Source of the DNA: Lama guanicoe
Lineage: Eukaryota
Direction: 5' to 3'
NCBI GenBank assembly: GCA_013239625.1
Contig: MU054001.1
Location: 5,877,078 to 5,941,077 of the forward strand
DNA length: 64,000 bases
Positions 22,501 through 64,000 of the stretch are shown here, one piece after another; position 1 is the first letter of the stretch; each line of letters starts with the position of its first letter. The position numbers and the translations under genes are program-made. The notes under the pieces are model-generated. The model was not told the origin of the DNA and did no database searches. It worked only from the letters and a program-made list of their open reading frames with translations.

Positions 22501-23714
22501 CTACTGTAAGGAAAACAGCAGTGCAGGTGTGATGATAAATGCTAAGTCACCCAGAGCCCAGAGTCAGGGAGACAGCAAGGAGTGGTGGGGATTGTGGCAA
22601 ACGAAACCACGCTGTGCCCTGCCAAAAAAGCCTTGACGCACTCTGCGTGAGCTGATTGTAGCTCGTGAGCCTACAGAGCTCCCGATTTTTGACAAAAGCC
22701 AGAGGACTTTTTTTCTTTTAACGTGATTATCTTCTAATTTTTAAATGTTTTCCTCAAATTCAAAAAATTAAAAAAAAAACTGAGCAGGCCAAATACAATG
22801 GACCTGCAAGGTAAGTATAGTCCATGATCTATCAGCTTGTATCCCCTGCTCTAAAATGAGAGCTTCCTGCTTCTGCCTTTTCTGGTCTATTGAGGTCAGG
22901 TGAGGACCACCCTGCCCGCCAGCAGAGGGATGCGTCAGAGGCTTGCTTCCACCTCCTGCCAACCCTCAGCTGCTCTCAGTGGAACCAGGCAGGCCAGGAG
23001 CAGAGTCAGGACTCTGACCTGTCAGGTCCTCACGTTTTTCCAGCTCTCAACAGCGGTCTCCCACCTCCAGCCCGTGACTGCCAGCAAGCAGATTTCTCGC
23101 TCCAGGCAGCTCCTCACTCCTGGCAGAGGATGACATGACAGACGGGATAGAGATGTTAGCCAAAGCAGACTTCCTGATTTAAAAATTCTCGTTCTCCCCC
23201 TCGGGGGCTGCCAAATTTAGCAAAGTGCCATTCCAGCTGCAGCATTTCCAAATGGTCTTAGGTAATCACAACTCTGCGTTCCCTGTGGCGTGCCCCAGGA
23301 AATCACCCTCCTGCACTCTGATTACCCGAGCCTGGCCAGGGGGCCTGGTGTCCTGTGCTTGGCATTTTGGAGTCCATACCCCTTAAGACAAGCTGATGAC
23401 AGCTCGCCACCAGGACTCTTTGCCATTAGAGGAGTGAGGAAAATTCTAGATGTCACAGGAGGATTCTCTAGGAACGGGACGCCTGCCCTCTCAGAAGGAG
23501 GCGGCACTGGGGACGTTCAGCCTGAACAAGAGAGGCATCGCAAACAGGTGGCTGGGGATGAGCAGAGGGACATGGCAGTTGTCTGCACGTGAAGAGAGCA
23601 TGCATGCTGTCTGCCTGGTCCCGGAGACCAGAGCGACTGTGGCCAGCACATGGCTCTCAGTTTCACAGAAGAACAATTCATCCCCTTTAGGGCTGTTTCT
23701 TTAAAAAAAAAAAG

Positions 23715-24335
23715 ATTTTAACTTTTTATTTTGAAATGATTTCAAGCCTCTGGAAAAGGAACCAGAATGACACTCAGACATTCTAACTACCCTTCATTCT
23801 GATTTGTAAATTGACATTTTTTGCCACGCTTGCTTTAACGTTCTGTCTCTATGCAAACTTATTTTTCTGGCAAATCTGAGAGTGAATGGCAGACATTCTC
23901 CTCCATTACCTCTAAATACTGCAGTGTGTATCTCCTAAAGATAAGTATGTTCTCTTATATAATCATAACAATCAAAATTATGAAGGCTTAAATTGTACAA
24001 GGATCAAAATCAGGAAATTTTACTTTGATATAATGCTCTTCCAGAACCTACAGTCCACATTCAGATTTCCTCACTCATCCCAGTAACACACTTATTTTTC
24101 CCCTCGCCCAGGATTCAATACAGGCTGTATATTGCTTTCAGCTGTCAGTCTCTTTAGTTGCCTTTAACCTAGAATGTCTCTTTGCCTTTCTGTGTCTTTC
24201 ACGATGCTAACATTTTTGAAAAGCACAGCTAGTGGTTTTGTAGGATGTTCCTTTGGATTTGTCTGATATCTCCTCGTGACACGGTTCAGGCTATCCATTG
24301 GCTGCAGAAATACTGCATGAGGGCTGTCTTGACGA
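23715..24335 (-). mobile_element. Old L1 (L1MC-type) 3'UTR fragment
   Basis: ttttattttgaaatgatttcaa...cctctaaatactgcagtgtgtatctcctaa...ccaggattcaatacagg. Confidence 0.6.
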
Positions 24336-25487
24336 GAAGGACTGGGGTCTGTGGCCAAACTTGTTGAACCACAGTTTATTTGGCCAGAAGGAAATTCTCA
24401 CCCAAGACACTGAGTTTGCCACTTCTGGTGTCTTCTTGGATTCTCTGGTTCTCTCTCCCCAAAATAGTTTCGGTTGAGTTTCAGAATCGTAGTGAGCTCT
24501 TTCGTCTTCATCCAATAATCTGCCTTCCCCTCTCTGCTTTACTCAGACTAATCTCCTGTGCAGCCCTCAGGGCACTGCAGGCAGGGAAGTGGCCCCGAGG
24601 CTGCGGAAGCCAAGGGCAGCTGGGTGGGGATCAGAGCGTGGCTGTCGGCCCATGCGGTGGCAGTACCAGGGAGGATGGGGACAGGCTCTGCATCCAAGGC
24701 TGTGCTTGCGTCTAGGTTTCCCTCCTCCTGCCTCTCTGGCCAGAGCTGGATTGCATATATTCAGGGAGCTAATAACCCATCCAAGGGTGAGAGGCCAATT
24801 TCTTTAATTTTCTTGGTCCAAGCATCCCTGTAGTGGCTATCGGCCCACCACTGCCCTCCTGCAGCAAATCCCAAGAAGTCAGGAGGGCATGGTGCTTTGG
24901 GGAGAGGAAGCCGCGAAGAGCATTCTGGTACGTGGACATTGGAGGTCTTGTGGGGAAGGCTCTCTGGGGCTCTTTTGCCCAGGGTTGGGCCTGTGCGGGG
25001 GCCAGCAGGCTGCTGTCTACAGCAGCAGGAGCAGATCTAAAGCCCTTCACCACCTTTCCCACGCTTGTGGCTCTTGACTCTCCTGCCCAAGCCTCATGCG
25101 CGTGGTTCCCTTAAGAGCCTCACTATGCAGGTATCACCACACCCAGCCTCAGCTGAGCTTCCCCCTGGGCTTTCAAATTCTCCTTCTCTCCTCTTCCAAC
25201 CATATAGCTCTGACCTCACTTCTCATAACAAGTCCTCCCTAACCCCATGCTCTTCCCAGACCGCCCTGATCTGTCCCTCCTTAGAACTTGGGTAGCACAG
25301 GAGATCTGCAGTACACTGTCGTGCTGAGCACACACAGCCCGGGCCCAGGGTTTACATTCTCAAATACATGATTCCATGTCACAATGGCTGGGGGCGATCC
25401 CTGTGTAACTTCCAGATTCCATTCCTCCACCCGCCAGAGGTAACCGTCATCTTGAAATTGGCCTATATCTTTCCAATTCATTTTTTA

Positions 25488-26630
25488 AAAATAAACTTTA
25501 TTTTTAAAAAGTTTTAGATTTACAGAAAAGGTGTGGAAAGAGTACAGAGGGGTTCCTCTGTTATTAACATATCAGTGTGGTGTAGGTTTCACAATTAATG
25601 AGTAAATGTTGATACGCCATTATTACCTAACATCCGTATTTTATCCAGCTTTCCTTAGTTTTCACCTAATGCCCCTTTTTCTCTTGCAGGTTCCCATCCG
25701 AGATACCCCACATTACATTTAGTCATCAAAGTCTCCTAGGGCTTCTCTTGGCTGTGACAGTTTCTCAGACTTTCCTTGTTTTTGTTTGTATTGTTTGTTT
25801 GCTGAGGGGGAGGTAATTAGGTTTCTTCATTGACCTCCGCTTGGAGCGGTTACCGCGGATTGAACCCGGGACCTCTCGGGTGCTGAGCATGCCCTCTGCC
25901 ACTTGAGCTCTACCCTTCCCCCTTGACTTTCCTTGTTTTTGATGACCTTGACAGTTTTGCGGAGCACTGGTCAAGTGGTTTGTAGAATGTAGCTCTGCTG
26001 GGATTTGTCTGATGTTTTTCTCATGATCAGACTAGGGTTAATGAGTTCTGGGGAGGGAGGACCACAGAGGTGAAGTGCCCGTCTCATCCCATCACCTCAA
26101 GGGTACATCCTATCCACAAGACTCACTGCTGATGCTGACCTTGGTCCCCTGGCCGAGGTGACGTCCGTCAGGCCTCTCACTGTAGTTGTTCCTTTCCCAC
26201 CTTTGTCTTGTGCTCCTGGAAGCGTTGTGTTCTAGTTGATGGTGTGATTTCCCACAGGGCTACGAGTCACTTTTGATGCTGTAATGTACACATATTGGGA
26301 TCAAATTCAGTAACTGGCTGGTGGATGCTGAAAACTAGGTTTCTCGCTTTCGGGGTGGGAGTTTACAGATAAGCAAGGGGAGGAGGCCAGAATTATGATA
26401 ATCACAGCAGTGGATTACAGTTGGAGAATCAGTGGGAGCTCATGTTTAGTTCAAAATAGATTCAGATGCCTCCATAAAGAAAAACGTGTAGGTATGTCTC
26501 TGTATACTAGTTGCTCCGTCAGCTGAGAGGGCCTGGAAGCCACAACATCCCCGTAACAGAACACACCCAGTGTCCACAGCTTGGTTTCTAATAGCATTCC
26601 CCAATCAAAGGAATCGGGGCTACTTGGAGA
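25488..26630 (-). mobile_element. Old L1 (L1MC/MD-type) 3'UTR fragment carrying a SINE insertion
   Basis: aaactttatt...tttagatttacagaaaag...ggctgtgacagtttctcagactttccttg...gatgaccttgacagttttg; far boundary approximate. Confidence 0.65.
25784..25922 (-). mobile_element. tRNA-Ala-derived SINE (Vic-1-like), diverged
   Basis: gggggaggtaattagg...gattgaacccgggacctc...gtgctgagcatgc...gagctctacccttcccc; TSD gactttccttgttttt at 25768 and 25925. Confidence 0.85.
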
Positions 26631-26965
26631 AATGAGACTTTACTACAAATATATTGATCGACAAATATATGATTGTTTTGCAAGATGTGAACTTTATACA
26701 TATGGTTATCAGAGTGAATACAATTTCCTACAACTTTTTTTTGTCTCAATTTACAATGTGCACATAGGTTGATGTGTGGATTTAATTCGTTCTTTTTTAC
26801 TGTTGAATAGTAATATGCTGTATTCAGATTATACAATTGGTCCATTTTCTTATTGATGGATGTTTAAGATGTTGCAAACAGAGCTGCTACACATATTCCT
26901 GTGGAGGGGGCAGAAGGATATTTCGTACATGAGAGTCTCTGTGGATTGTTTGCTTGAGTTTTTCT

Positions 26966-27814
26966 GTATGGTATTTTTATTGAAGTATAGTCAGTTTACA
27001 ATGTTGTGTCAATTTCTGGTGTACAGTGTAATTTTTCAGTTATACATGTACATACATGTGTATATTTCTTTTCATGTTCTTTTTCATTATAGGTTACCAC
27101 AAGATATTGAATATAGTTCTCTGTGCTACACAGAAGAAACTTGTACTATAACTCAATAAAAAAATGTTAAAAAGAAAATGAGATGATACAAAAGCATGAC
27201 CCTTGAATGAAATGTTAATAAGTAGGAATTAACATTAAAGTTTTGTGCTGTCAAGAGGTTGGAGATAAAGCCATAGTTTGAACTAAAAAAAAAAAGAAGA
27301 AGAAGAAGAAACTTGTTGTTTATCTATTTTATATACAGTGTTAGTATCTGCAAATCTCGAACTCCCAATTTATCCCTTCTGAACTCGTTTCCCCAACTCT
27401 GGTAACCATAAGTTTGTTTTCCATGTCTGTGAGTCTGTTTCTGTTTTGTAAATAAGTCTTTTTTTTTTTTTTTAGATTCCACATAGGAGTGATGTCATAT
27501 GGTATTTTTTCTTTCTCTTTCTGGCTTACTTCACTAAGTATGACAATCTCCAGGTCCAACCATGTTGCTGCAAATGGCATTATTTTATTCTGAGTAGTAT
27601 TCCATTGTATAAATGTACCACAACTTTTTTATCCTGTCATCTGTCGATGGACATTTAGGCTGTTTCCATGTCTTGGCTGTTGTAAATAGTGCTGCTGTGA
27701 GCATTGGGGTTTGTGTATCTTTTCAAATTAGAGTTCCCCAACATACATCCAGGAGTGGGAATGCTGGATCGTATGGTAAGTCTATTTTTAGACTTTTGCG
27801 GAATCTCCTTACTG
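26966..27814 (-). mobile_element. 5'-truncated lineage-specific L1 with 15-bp TSD
   Basis: tttttattgaagtatagtcagtttacaatgttg 3' end; ORF2 C-terminus MPFAATWLDLEIVILSEVSQ on the minus strand; exact TSD tgcttgagtttttct at 26951-26965 and 27815-27829. Confidence 0.9.
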
Positions 27815-28647
27815 TGCTTGAGTTTTTCTAGATCTAGATCTAGAACTTCAGCGTTGCCATGAGTGAGTATGAGAGAGGAGAGGCTAGGAGATGTAGGGGA
27901 GAGTTTGTGAGGACAATGAGAGGAAGCATGCAGAATTGAGGGGTGTGTGTGACTCTGTGTGTGACTCCTTGAACAGGTGGAATTTATTCAGAGCGTGTAT
28001 ATGCCTAAGGGAGAGAATGACTGACCATGGCAGTAAGATAATCTTCAACTTAATCACATAACAGCAAATTATTTATAGAGTAGTTGTCTAAATTACACTT
28101 CTGCTAACAGGGTTTAAAAGCTACTGAGCTCCATGTATATGTCAAGACTTACAATTTCCAGGCTTTTTAATATTGCCAATCTGAAGAATGAGAAATAGCT
28201 CTTTTTGTGATTGTGGTTTTAATTCACACGTCCTTGATACTCAAAGGTTGAGCATGTTTGTGAGTTCATTTGGCTCATCTGCGCATTATATCTTTTGTCC
28301 ACTTTTCTAATTGATTGTCTATACTTTTGTTATTGGTGTATTGAACATTCTTTGTAAATTTTGTATACTAATTCTTTATAGTTAAATGACTCACATTTAT
28401 ACCAGCATGTTGCCTCTCTTCTTAATGTAAAAAAAATTTTTTTGAGTTTCCACAACTTATTGATAAGTGAGAAAAGTAAGATGCATGTGATATCATCCAA
28501 TTTTATAAGAAGTGATAAGTCAAAATACGCATTAAAAAAATTCAAAACAAGATAAGTAAAGAAATTAAAGTATCTGATATCTAACAGCTTCTAACCACAT
28601 CCAGTCCCTCCACTGTGGCATGGAGCTCTCCATGTCTTCCCTTGGTT

Positions 28648-28768
28648 CTTTTTCAGGGGAAGGTAATTAGGTTTATTTCTTTATTTATTTATTGGAGGTA
28701 CTGGGGCTTGAACCCAGGACCTCTTGCATGCTAAGTACACTCTCTGCCACTAAGCTATACCCTTCCCC
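28648..28768 (-). mobile_element. tRNA-Ala-derived SINE (Vic-1-like)
   Basis: ggtaattaggtttat...tggaggtactggggcttgaacccaggacctcttgcatgctaag...agctatacccttcccc; TSD ttcccttggtt. Confidence 0.88.
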
Positions 28769-29108
28769 TTCCCTTGGTTTCGATGATGGCCTCCTGACTG
28801 ATGTCACATTCCTTCCCTCCTCCCCCGGGCCCTCACCTTACTCCAAGTCTGATCTTTTTTCTTCATTTTTAATGACATTTATCGTTTTCTTTCTAACTTT
28901 ACAAGCACTACATATTCATTGAAGACGACTAGAAATGCACCAAAACATGAAGTAAAAAATAACAATCACCCATAATCCCCACCAGTCTGATGCATTTCCT
29001 CCCAGTGTTTACACTTTTTTTTTAATTGAAGCACAATTGACCTTCAGAGATAAAGAGGAATATTGCCAAGGACGGTGTCAGAGAGCATGCTCTGCCTTTG
29101 TATATATG

Positions 29109-29341
29109 CAGTTGACCCTTGAACAAAGCAGGGGTTAGTGGCACTGACCTCCCCTCACAGTCTAAATTCACGTCCAGTTGTCCCTTGGTGTCTAAGGGGG
29201 ATTTGTTCCATGACTTGTGGCAGATGGTTCTGCATCAGCGGATTCAACCAACCCTGGATCATGTAGAATTTTAGTATTGAAAAAAATCTCTGTATAAGTG
29301 GACCCACATAGTTCAAACTGGTGTTGTTCAAGGGCAAACTG
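29109..29341. mobile_element. Tigger2-family non-autonomous DNA transposon nested in the L1
   Basis: Terminal inverted repeats cagttgacccttgaacaa ... ttgttcaagggcaaactg; flanked by TG/TA, consistent with a TA TSD. Confidence 0.8.
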
Positions 29342-31777
29342 TATATACACCACATCTTCTTTCTCCATTCATCCATAGATAGACACTTCGGTTATTTCCA
29401 TATTTTGGTTATTGTAAATATAGCTACCTCGAACATGAGGGTGCAGATATTTCTTTGAAATTCTGATTTCACTTCCCTTGGATATATACCCAGAAGCAGG
29501 ATTGCTGAATTATATGGTAGTTCTATGTTTAACTTATTGAGGAAACTCCATATTGTTTCTATAGTAGCTGTACCAATTTACATTCCACTAACAGTGTACA
29601 AGGGTTCTCTTTTCTCAATATCCTTGCCAACACTTGTTATGTCTTGTCTTTTTGATGATAGCCATTCTCACAGGTGTGAGGTGATATGAATTCCCCTGAT
29701 GATTAGTAATATTAGCACCTTTTCATGTACCTTTTAGCTGTTTGTGTATCTTCTTTGGAAAAATATCTATTCAGGTCCTCTGCTCATTTTTTAATTGGAT
29801 TGTTTTTTATTTCTATTGAGTTGTATGAGTTCCTTATACATTTTGCCTATTAACCACTTATCAAATACACGATTTTCAAATATTTTCTCCTATTCCTTAG
29901 GTTACCTTTTAATTTTATTGATTGTTTATTTTGCTGTGCAGAAGATTTTTAGTTTGATGTAGTTCCACTTAATTATTTTCGCTTTTTATTTTGCTTGTGC
30001 TTTTTGATGTCATGTTTAATAAATAGTTGCTAAGATCAATGTTGAGGAGTTTTTCCTTATGTTTTCTTCTAGGAGTTTTATGGTTTCCGTTCTTAGGATT
30101 TAAGTCTTTAATCCTTTTTGAGTTAATTTTGTGAGTGGTATAAGATAGGAGTCCAATTTTATTCTTCTGCATGTGATTATCCAGTTCTTCCAACACCATT
30201 TTTGAAGAGACTATCCTTTCCCCATTGAGTATTCTTGACTCCTTTGTCAAATATTAGTTGATTGTGTAAGTGAGGATTTATATCTTGGTTCTCAATTATG
30301 TTTTTAGTCTATGTTTTAATTACTATAGCTTTGTAGTATACTTTGAAATCAGGAAGTGCCTCCAGTTTTGTTCCTCTTTCTCAGAATTGTTCTGTCTATT
30401 CAGGGTCTTTTGTGGTTTCATATAAATTTTAGAATTTTTTTCTATTTCTGTGAAAAATTCCATTTAAATTTTGAAAGGGATTGCACTGAATCTATAGATG
30501 GCTTTGGGTAGTATGGACATTTTTAACAATATTAATTTTTCTGATTAATGAATACAGGTTATCTTTTCATTTGTTTGCCTCTTCTTAAATTTCTTTTCTC
30601 CAAGACTTACAGTTTTCAGTGTACAGATCTTTTACCTCCTTTGTTAAATTTTTCATAAGTATTTTTATGGTTTTTGATGCTATTGTGAATGGATTGTTTT
30701 CCTTCTTTTTCAAATATCTTGTTTTAGTGTATAGAAACATGGCTGATTTCTATATGTTGATTTTTTATTTTATAACATTACTAAATTCATTGATCAGTGC
30801 TAATAGTTCTTTCGGTGGAGTCTTCAGGATTTTCTATGTATAACGTCCTATCATCTACAGAGACAATTTTACTTATTCCTTTCTAATTTGGGTGACTTTA
30901 TTTTCTTTTCTTGCCTAATTGCTATGGCTAGGACTTCCAGTACTATGTCGAACAAAAGTGGTGAGAGTGAACATCCTTGTCTTCCTGATGTTAGATGAGA
31001 CTCTGTCAATCTTTCATCATTGAGTGTGATGTTAGGTATGGGTTGATCATGTGTGGCCTTTATTATGTTGAGGTATATTCCTTCTATACTTAATTTGTTG
31101 AGCTTATATTTTTTTTAACATGAATGGGTATTGTATTTGGTTAAATTTTTTTGCTACATCTATCAAGATGATCGTATGACTTTATTTTTCATTCTGTTAA
31201 TGTGATGTATTAATTTATTGGTTTGTGTGTGTCAAACCATCCTTGCATCCCAGGGATAAATCCTTCTTGATCATGGCATATGATCCTTTTAATGTGCTGT
31301 TGAATTCAGCTTGCTAGTATTTTCTTGATAGTATTTGCACCTATATTTATTAAGGATCCTGATCTGTAGTTTTCTTTTCTTGAAGCATCCTTGTCTGACT
31401 TTGATATCAGGGTAAAGCTGGCCTCATAAAATGAGTTTGGGAGGTGTTCCTCTTTAATTTTTTGGAAGGGTCTGAGAAAAACTGTCACTAACTCTCCTTT
31501 GAATATCTGGTAGAATTCACTAAGGAAACCATCTGGTTTGGGGATTTTCTTTCTTGGGAAACTTTTGATTACTGATTTAATCTCCTTACTCATAATTGGT
31601 TTCTTCAGATTTCCTGTTTCTTTATGATTCAGTCTTAGTAAGTTGTATATTTCTCTGAACTTATCCATTTCTTCTTTGTTATCCAATTTTTTGGTGTACA
31701 GTTGTTCCCAGTAGACTGTTACGATCCTTTGTATTTCTGCAATGTCAGTTGTAATGCCTACCCTTTCTTTTCTCGCT

Positions 31778-31828
<51 letters not shown>

Positions 31829-31831
31829 TTT
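31778..31831. repeat. (TTTA)n microsatellite within the L1
   Basis: Directly visible. Confidence 0.95.
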
Positions 31832-34800
31832 TATCGCTTTATTCTTTCTTGTTTTCTTAGATTAAATGAAAGTTTGTCAACTTTGTTTATCTTTTTAAAA
31901 AACAGCTCTTACTTTCATTGGCCCTTTCTATCATTTTTCAGTATTGTATTTCATTTATTTCTGCTCTGATATTTGTTATTCCTTTCCTTCTGCTAACTTT
32001 ATTAGGCTTATTTTTTTGGTTTTGTTTTGTTTTGTTTTTTAGTTACTTGATGTGTGAAGTTAGGTTGTTTATTTGAGATCTTTCTTTCTTCCTAATATAG
32101 GCACTTACCACTATAAACTTTTATCTTGGAACTATTTTTGCTGCATCCCATAGGTTTTGGTATGTTTTGTTTCCATTTTTATTTCTTTAAAGATTTTTAA
32201 AAATTTCTCTTTAGATTTTTTCTTTGACCCATTGGTTGTTCAGAAGTGTGTTGTTTAATTTCCACCTATTTGTGATTTTTCCATCTTTCCTCTTGCTATT
32301 TATTTCTAGTTTCATTCCATTGTGGTCAGAGATACTTGAGATGATGTTAATCTTAAATTTGTTAAGACTTGCTTTGTGACCTATCATGATATATCCTGGG
32401 GAATGTTCCATGTGCATTTGAGGAGAATGTGTATTCTACTGCTGTTAGATGCAATGTTCTGTATATATTTGTTAGGTCCATTTGGCCTAAAGTGGCCAAA
32501 TATTTCTTTATTGATGCTTTTGTCTGTATGATCTATCTCATGTTGAAAGTGGGGTATTGAAATCCTCTACTAATATTGTATTATTATCTCTTTCTTCATA
32601 TCTGTTAGTATTTGCTTAATATATTTAGGTGCTTCAATATTGGGAATATAATCATTATATCTTCTTGAAAAATTGACACCTTTTTTGTTATGTAATAACC
32701 TTTATCTCCTCTTACAGTTTTGACTTAAGTCTGTTTTCTCTGATATAACAACCCATGCTCTTTTGGTTTCCACTTGCATGGAATAGCTTTACATTCCTTC
32801 ACTTTGATCCTATATATGTCCACAAGGGTGAAATGAGTCTCTTGTAAGTGGTGTATAATTAAGTCTTATTTTCAAATCCATCCAGCCATTCTATGCTTTT
32901 TGATTGGAGAATTTACTCCATTTACATCTAGGCTAGTTACTGATACAAAAGGACTTACTAATGCCATCTTACTGTCTTCTGGCTGTTTTGTAGTTCCTTT
33001 ATTCCTTTCTTCCTCTCTCGCTGCCTTCTTTTGTGAATTGATTTTCTGTAGTTGTATGCTTTGATTCCCTTCTTCTTATCTTTGATGAATCTCCTATAGT
33101 TTTTGCTCTGTGGTTACCATGAGTTTACATAAAACATCTTATGATATAATAGTCTGCTTTATGCTGATAACAACCTAACATTTTACATACAAAACCATAC
33201 CATTTTACTCCTTCCCTTTGTATTTTGATATCATAATTTACCTCTTTTATATTGTGTATTCATTAACAAATTCTTTTAGCTATAGTTATTTTTAGTAATC
33301 TTGTCCTTTGCCTTTATACTAGAATTGAATGGTTAACATACTATCATATTATAGAATTAGCATATTCTGAATTTGACTATATACTTACCTTTAACAGTAC
33401 TTTGTATATTTTCATATGTTTTCAGATTACTAATTAGTATCTTTTACTTTCAGCCTGAAGAACTGCTTTTAGCATTTATAAGACAGGCCTAGTGGTGATA
33501 AAGTTCCTCAGCTTTTGTCAGGAAACTCTTTATCTCTCCTTCATTTCTGATTAGTATCTCCAGATAGTATATTCTTGGTTGGCAGTTTTTCCTTAATACT
33601 TTGAATATATCATCCCACTCTCCCCTGGCCTGTAAGATTTCTGGTGATAAATCTGCTCATAGTCTAACAGGGATGCCCTCATAAGTATCTAGCTTCTTTT
33701 CTCTTGCTGTTTTTAAGATTCTCTCTTTATTTGATTTTTGACAGTTTTATTCAAATATATTTTGGAGAGGCTCTCTTTACGTTCCATTTGTTTGGTGACC
33801 TATGAACTTCAAAAATTGGGATATCCAAATCTCTACTCAGATTTGGGAATTCCTCAGTCGTTATTTCTTTAAATAAGTTTTCTACCTCATTCTCTCTCTC
33901 TTCTCCTTCTGGGACTCCAGTAATTTCAAAATTGTTTCTTTTGATGGTATTCCATAAATTATGTAAGCTTTCTTCACTCCTTTTCATTCTTTTTCCTTTG
34001 TTCTGCTCTGTCTGGATAATTTCAAAGTTTTTGTCTTCCAACTCACAAATTCTTTCTCCTGTTGATACTTTCTATTATATCTTTCATTTCATTTGTTGTG
34101 TTCTTTAGATCCAGCATGTTTGTTTGGGCCTATTTAGTGATTTCTGTCTCTTCGTTGAACTTCTCGTTTTGTTTATGTATCATTTTTCCTGATTCAATTG
34201 AATCTTCTTCCTGTGTTTTCTTGTAGATCATTGAGTTTCCTCAAAACAGCTATTTTGAATTCTTTACCTTTTATCTTTATCTTTTGCAGATCTCTATGTC
34301 TTTGGGAATGGTTACTGGAAAATTACTGTTGTCTTCAGTGGTTTCATGGTGTCATGTTTCCTTGATTTCTCATATTCTTTGAAGTTTTGTGTTGCTATCT
34401 TCACATTTGAAGTAGGAGTCACTTCCTCCAGTCTTTACTAACTGCCATTGGGAGAGAAATATCTTCTGTCAGCCTTGCTAGGGGTTCTGAGGTTTTCTCA
34501 GACCTTCTATGGATTCACCTGCAAAATTGTTATTGTTGGACAGGAGGTAGGGAGGCAAAAATGAGGGATGCATTAGCCATGAAGTTGATGTCACTACTAC
34601 ATATATTCTTGAGTAAGTCTCTTCCCCTCTCTGGGCCTCTCTTCTGTACAATGAGGAGTTTGTAAAAGATTACATCTGAGGATACTTCCAACCCTGCCAT
34701 GCCATAGGTTTATTGGCCATTAAAACCTCGATGGGAATCGGTTTATTTTTTGTTTCTAGCAGTAAAAAAATCCAGAGAGAAACCATAGGATGGGAACTCA

Positions 34801-35640
34801 TGTAATTATAATAGTGAGACTTCTCATTGCAAGTGACAGAAACCAACTCAGGATAGTTTAGTTTAAAAAGGAGAATTTATTTACAGGATATAGCAAGCAG
34901 AATGTCTTGGAACCCTAGGGTATAAAGCTATGTCTCAGGGGAGAACTGGAACTAGAATAGAAAATCTTTAGGAATTGTTCTCTACATTTTGGGTTTAGTT
35001 TGAATGTAATGGTTGGTTTGTGGACTAGACAGGCACTTCAAAGAGTGTGCTCTCCACCTGGATTATTGGTTTCCCTTTGGGGCAGTGGTCATAGAAGTGG
35101 GTGTGGGTTTGCTCAGATGTGTCTGGTCCTGAGAGGTGGCCTTGTTGAAGTCCTCTGATCCTTGGATGTGAAGATAGGGGAATGTGGATACACAAACTCC
35201 TGGGTATCTGAAAGAATCAAGGAGGAAAAGGGAATATGTATGTGTGACAAACTTCATGCTGGGTCACACTAAGACAGAAAATTGACCTTCTTGAGGTTCT
35301 TTTGCTAGGGCTAGGACTCAGATGTGGCCATGGGCTAGCTCCTGATAGAAAACCTGCAATAGGCTTTTCTGCTCCCAGTAAACCCAAAATGGGAAAGAAA
35401 AGGAACAGAATGTCCTTGCTAGTAAGAAAGGCTCATGATGGAGTTGACAGATGCATAGGGCTTCTGGCCATACTCCCCTATAAATGTGGAAGGTAACTGG
35501 TGAAACCAGGTCTGAGTGGTTGGAGAAAGGGAGCTGGGTGAAGTAGGAGCTGCCTGATCTCATTCCAGAGTATCTTCATCTTTCTGCTGCAGAGTGAAGG
35601 TCCTTAAACCAAGAGCCCAGGGTTCTAAACTGCCATCAAG

Positions 35641-63999
<28,359 letters not shown>

Positions 64000-64000
64000 C

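Larger units (their letters stand above)
29015..34520 (-). mobile_element. Degraded L1 of about 5.5 kb (ORF1 and ORF2 remnants), antisense to ABCC12
   Basis: Minus-strand remnants: ORF1-like EESLHNLWNTIKRNNFEITGVPEGEERE (33751-34041), endonuclease-like IGHKASLNKFK (32211-32417), RT-region EEMDKF...PDGF...LPNSFYEAS...KENYR (31306-31686); many stops and frameshifts. Confidence 0.92.

Noticed and set aside
29015..34520. Retrotransposition-competent L1
   Set aside because: Longest remaining ORF is 126 aa, with many stops and frameshifts and no recognisable 5'UTR.

Overview
Mammalian genomic DNA, most likely camelid, judging by seven copies of a tRNA-Ala(AGC)-derived SINE resembling Vic-1. The window covers the tandem ABCC11-ABCC12 locus on the + strand. 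It holds the last 7 coding exons of ABCC11 (2082-11915; end of TMD2 plus NBD2; polyA signal at 12194), a repeat-rich spacer of about 23.7 kb, and the first 13 coding exons of ABCC12 (ATG 35641 to 63777; 662 codons; TMD1 and most of NBD1). All exon borders are GT-AG with matching phases and no premature stops. The rest is L1, L2, MIR, solo LTRs, DNA transposons and simple repeats, and most ORFs in the supplied track are noise. I found no new multi-gene system. The most notable details are: an apparent ABCC11 stop-loss adding a 27-aa tail; a one-codon deletion just before the NBD2 signature motif; a small L1-mediated 3' transduction with an exact 13-bp TSD; and a 25-copy 19-bp pyrimidine minisatellite. 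Comparisons with human proteins and repeat family names are from memory and need confirmation by alignment.
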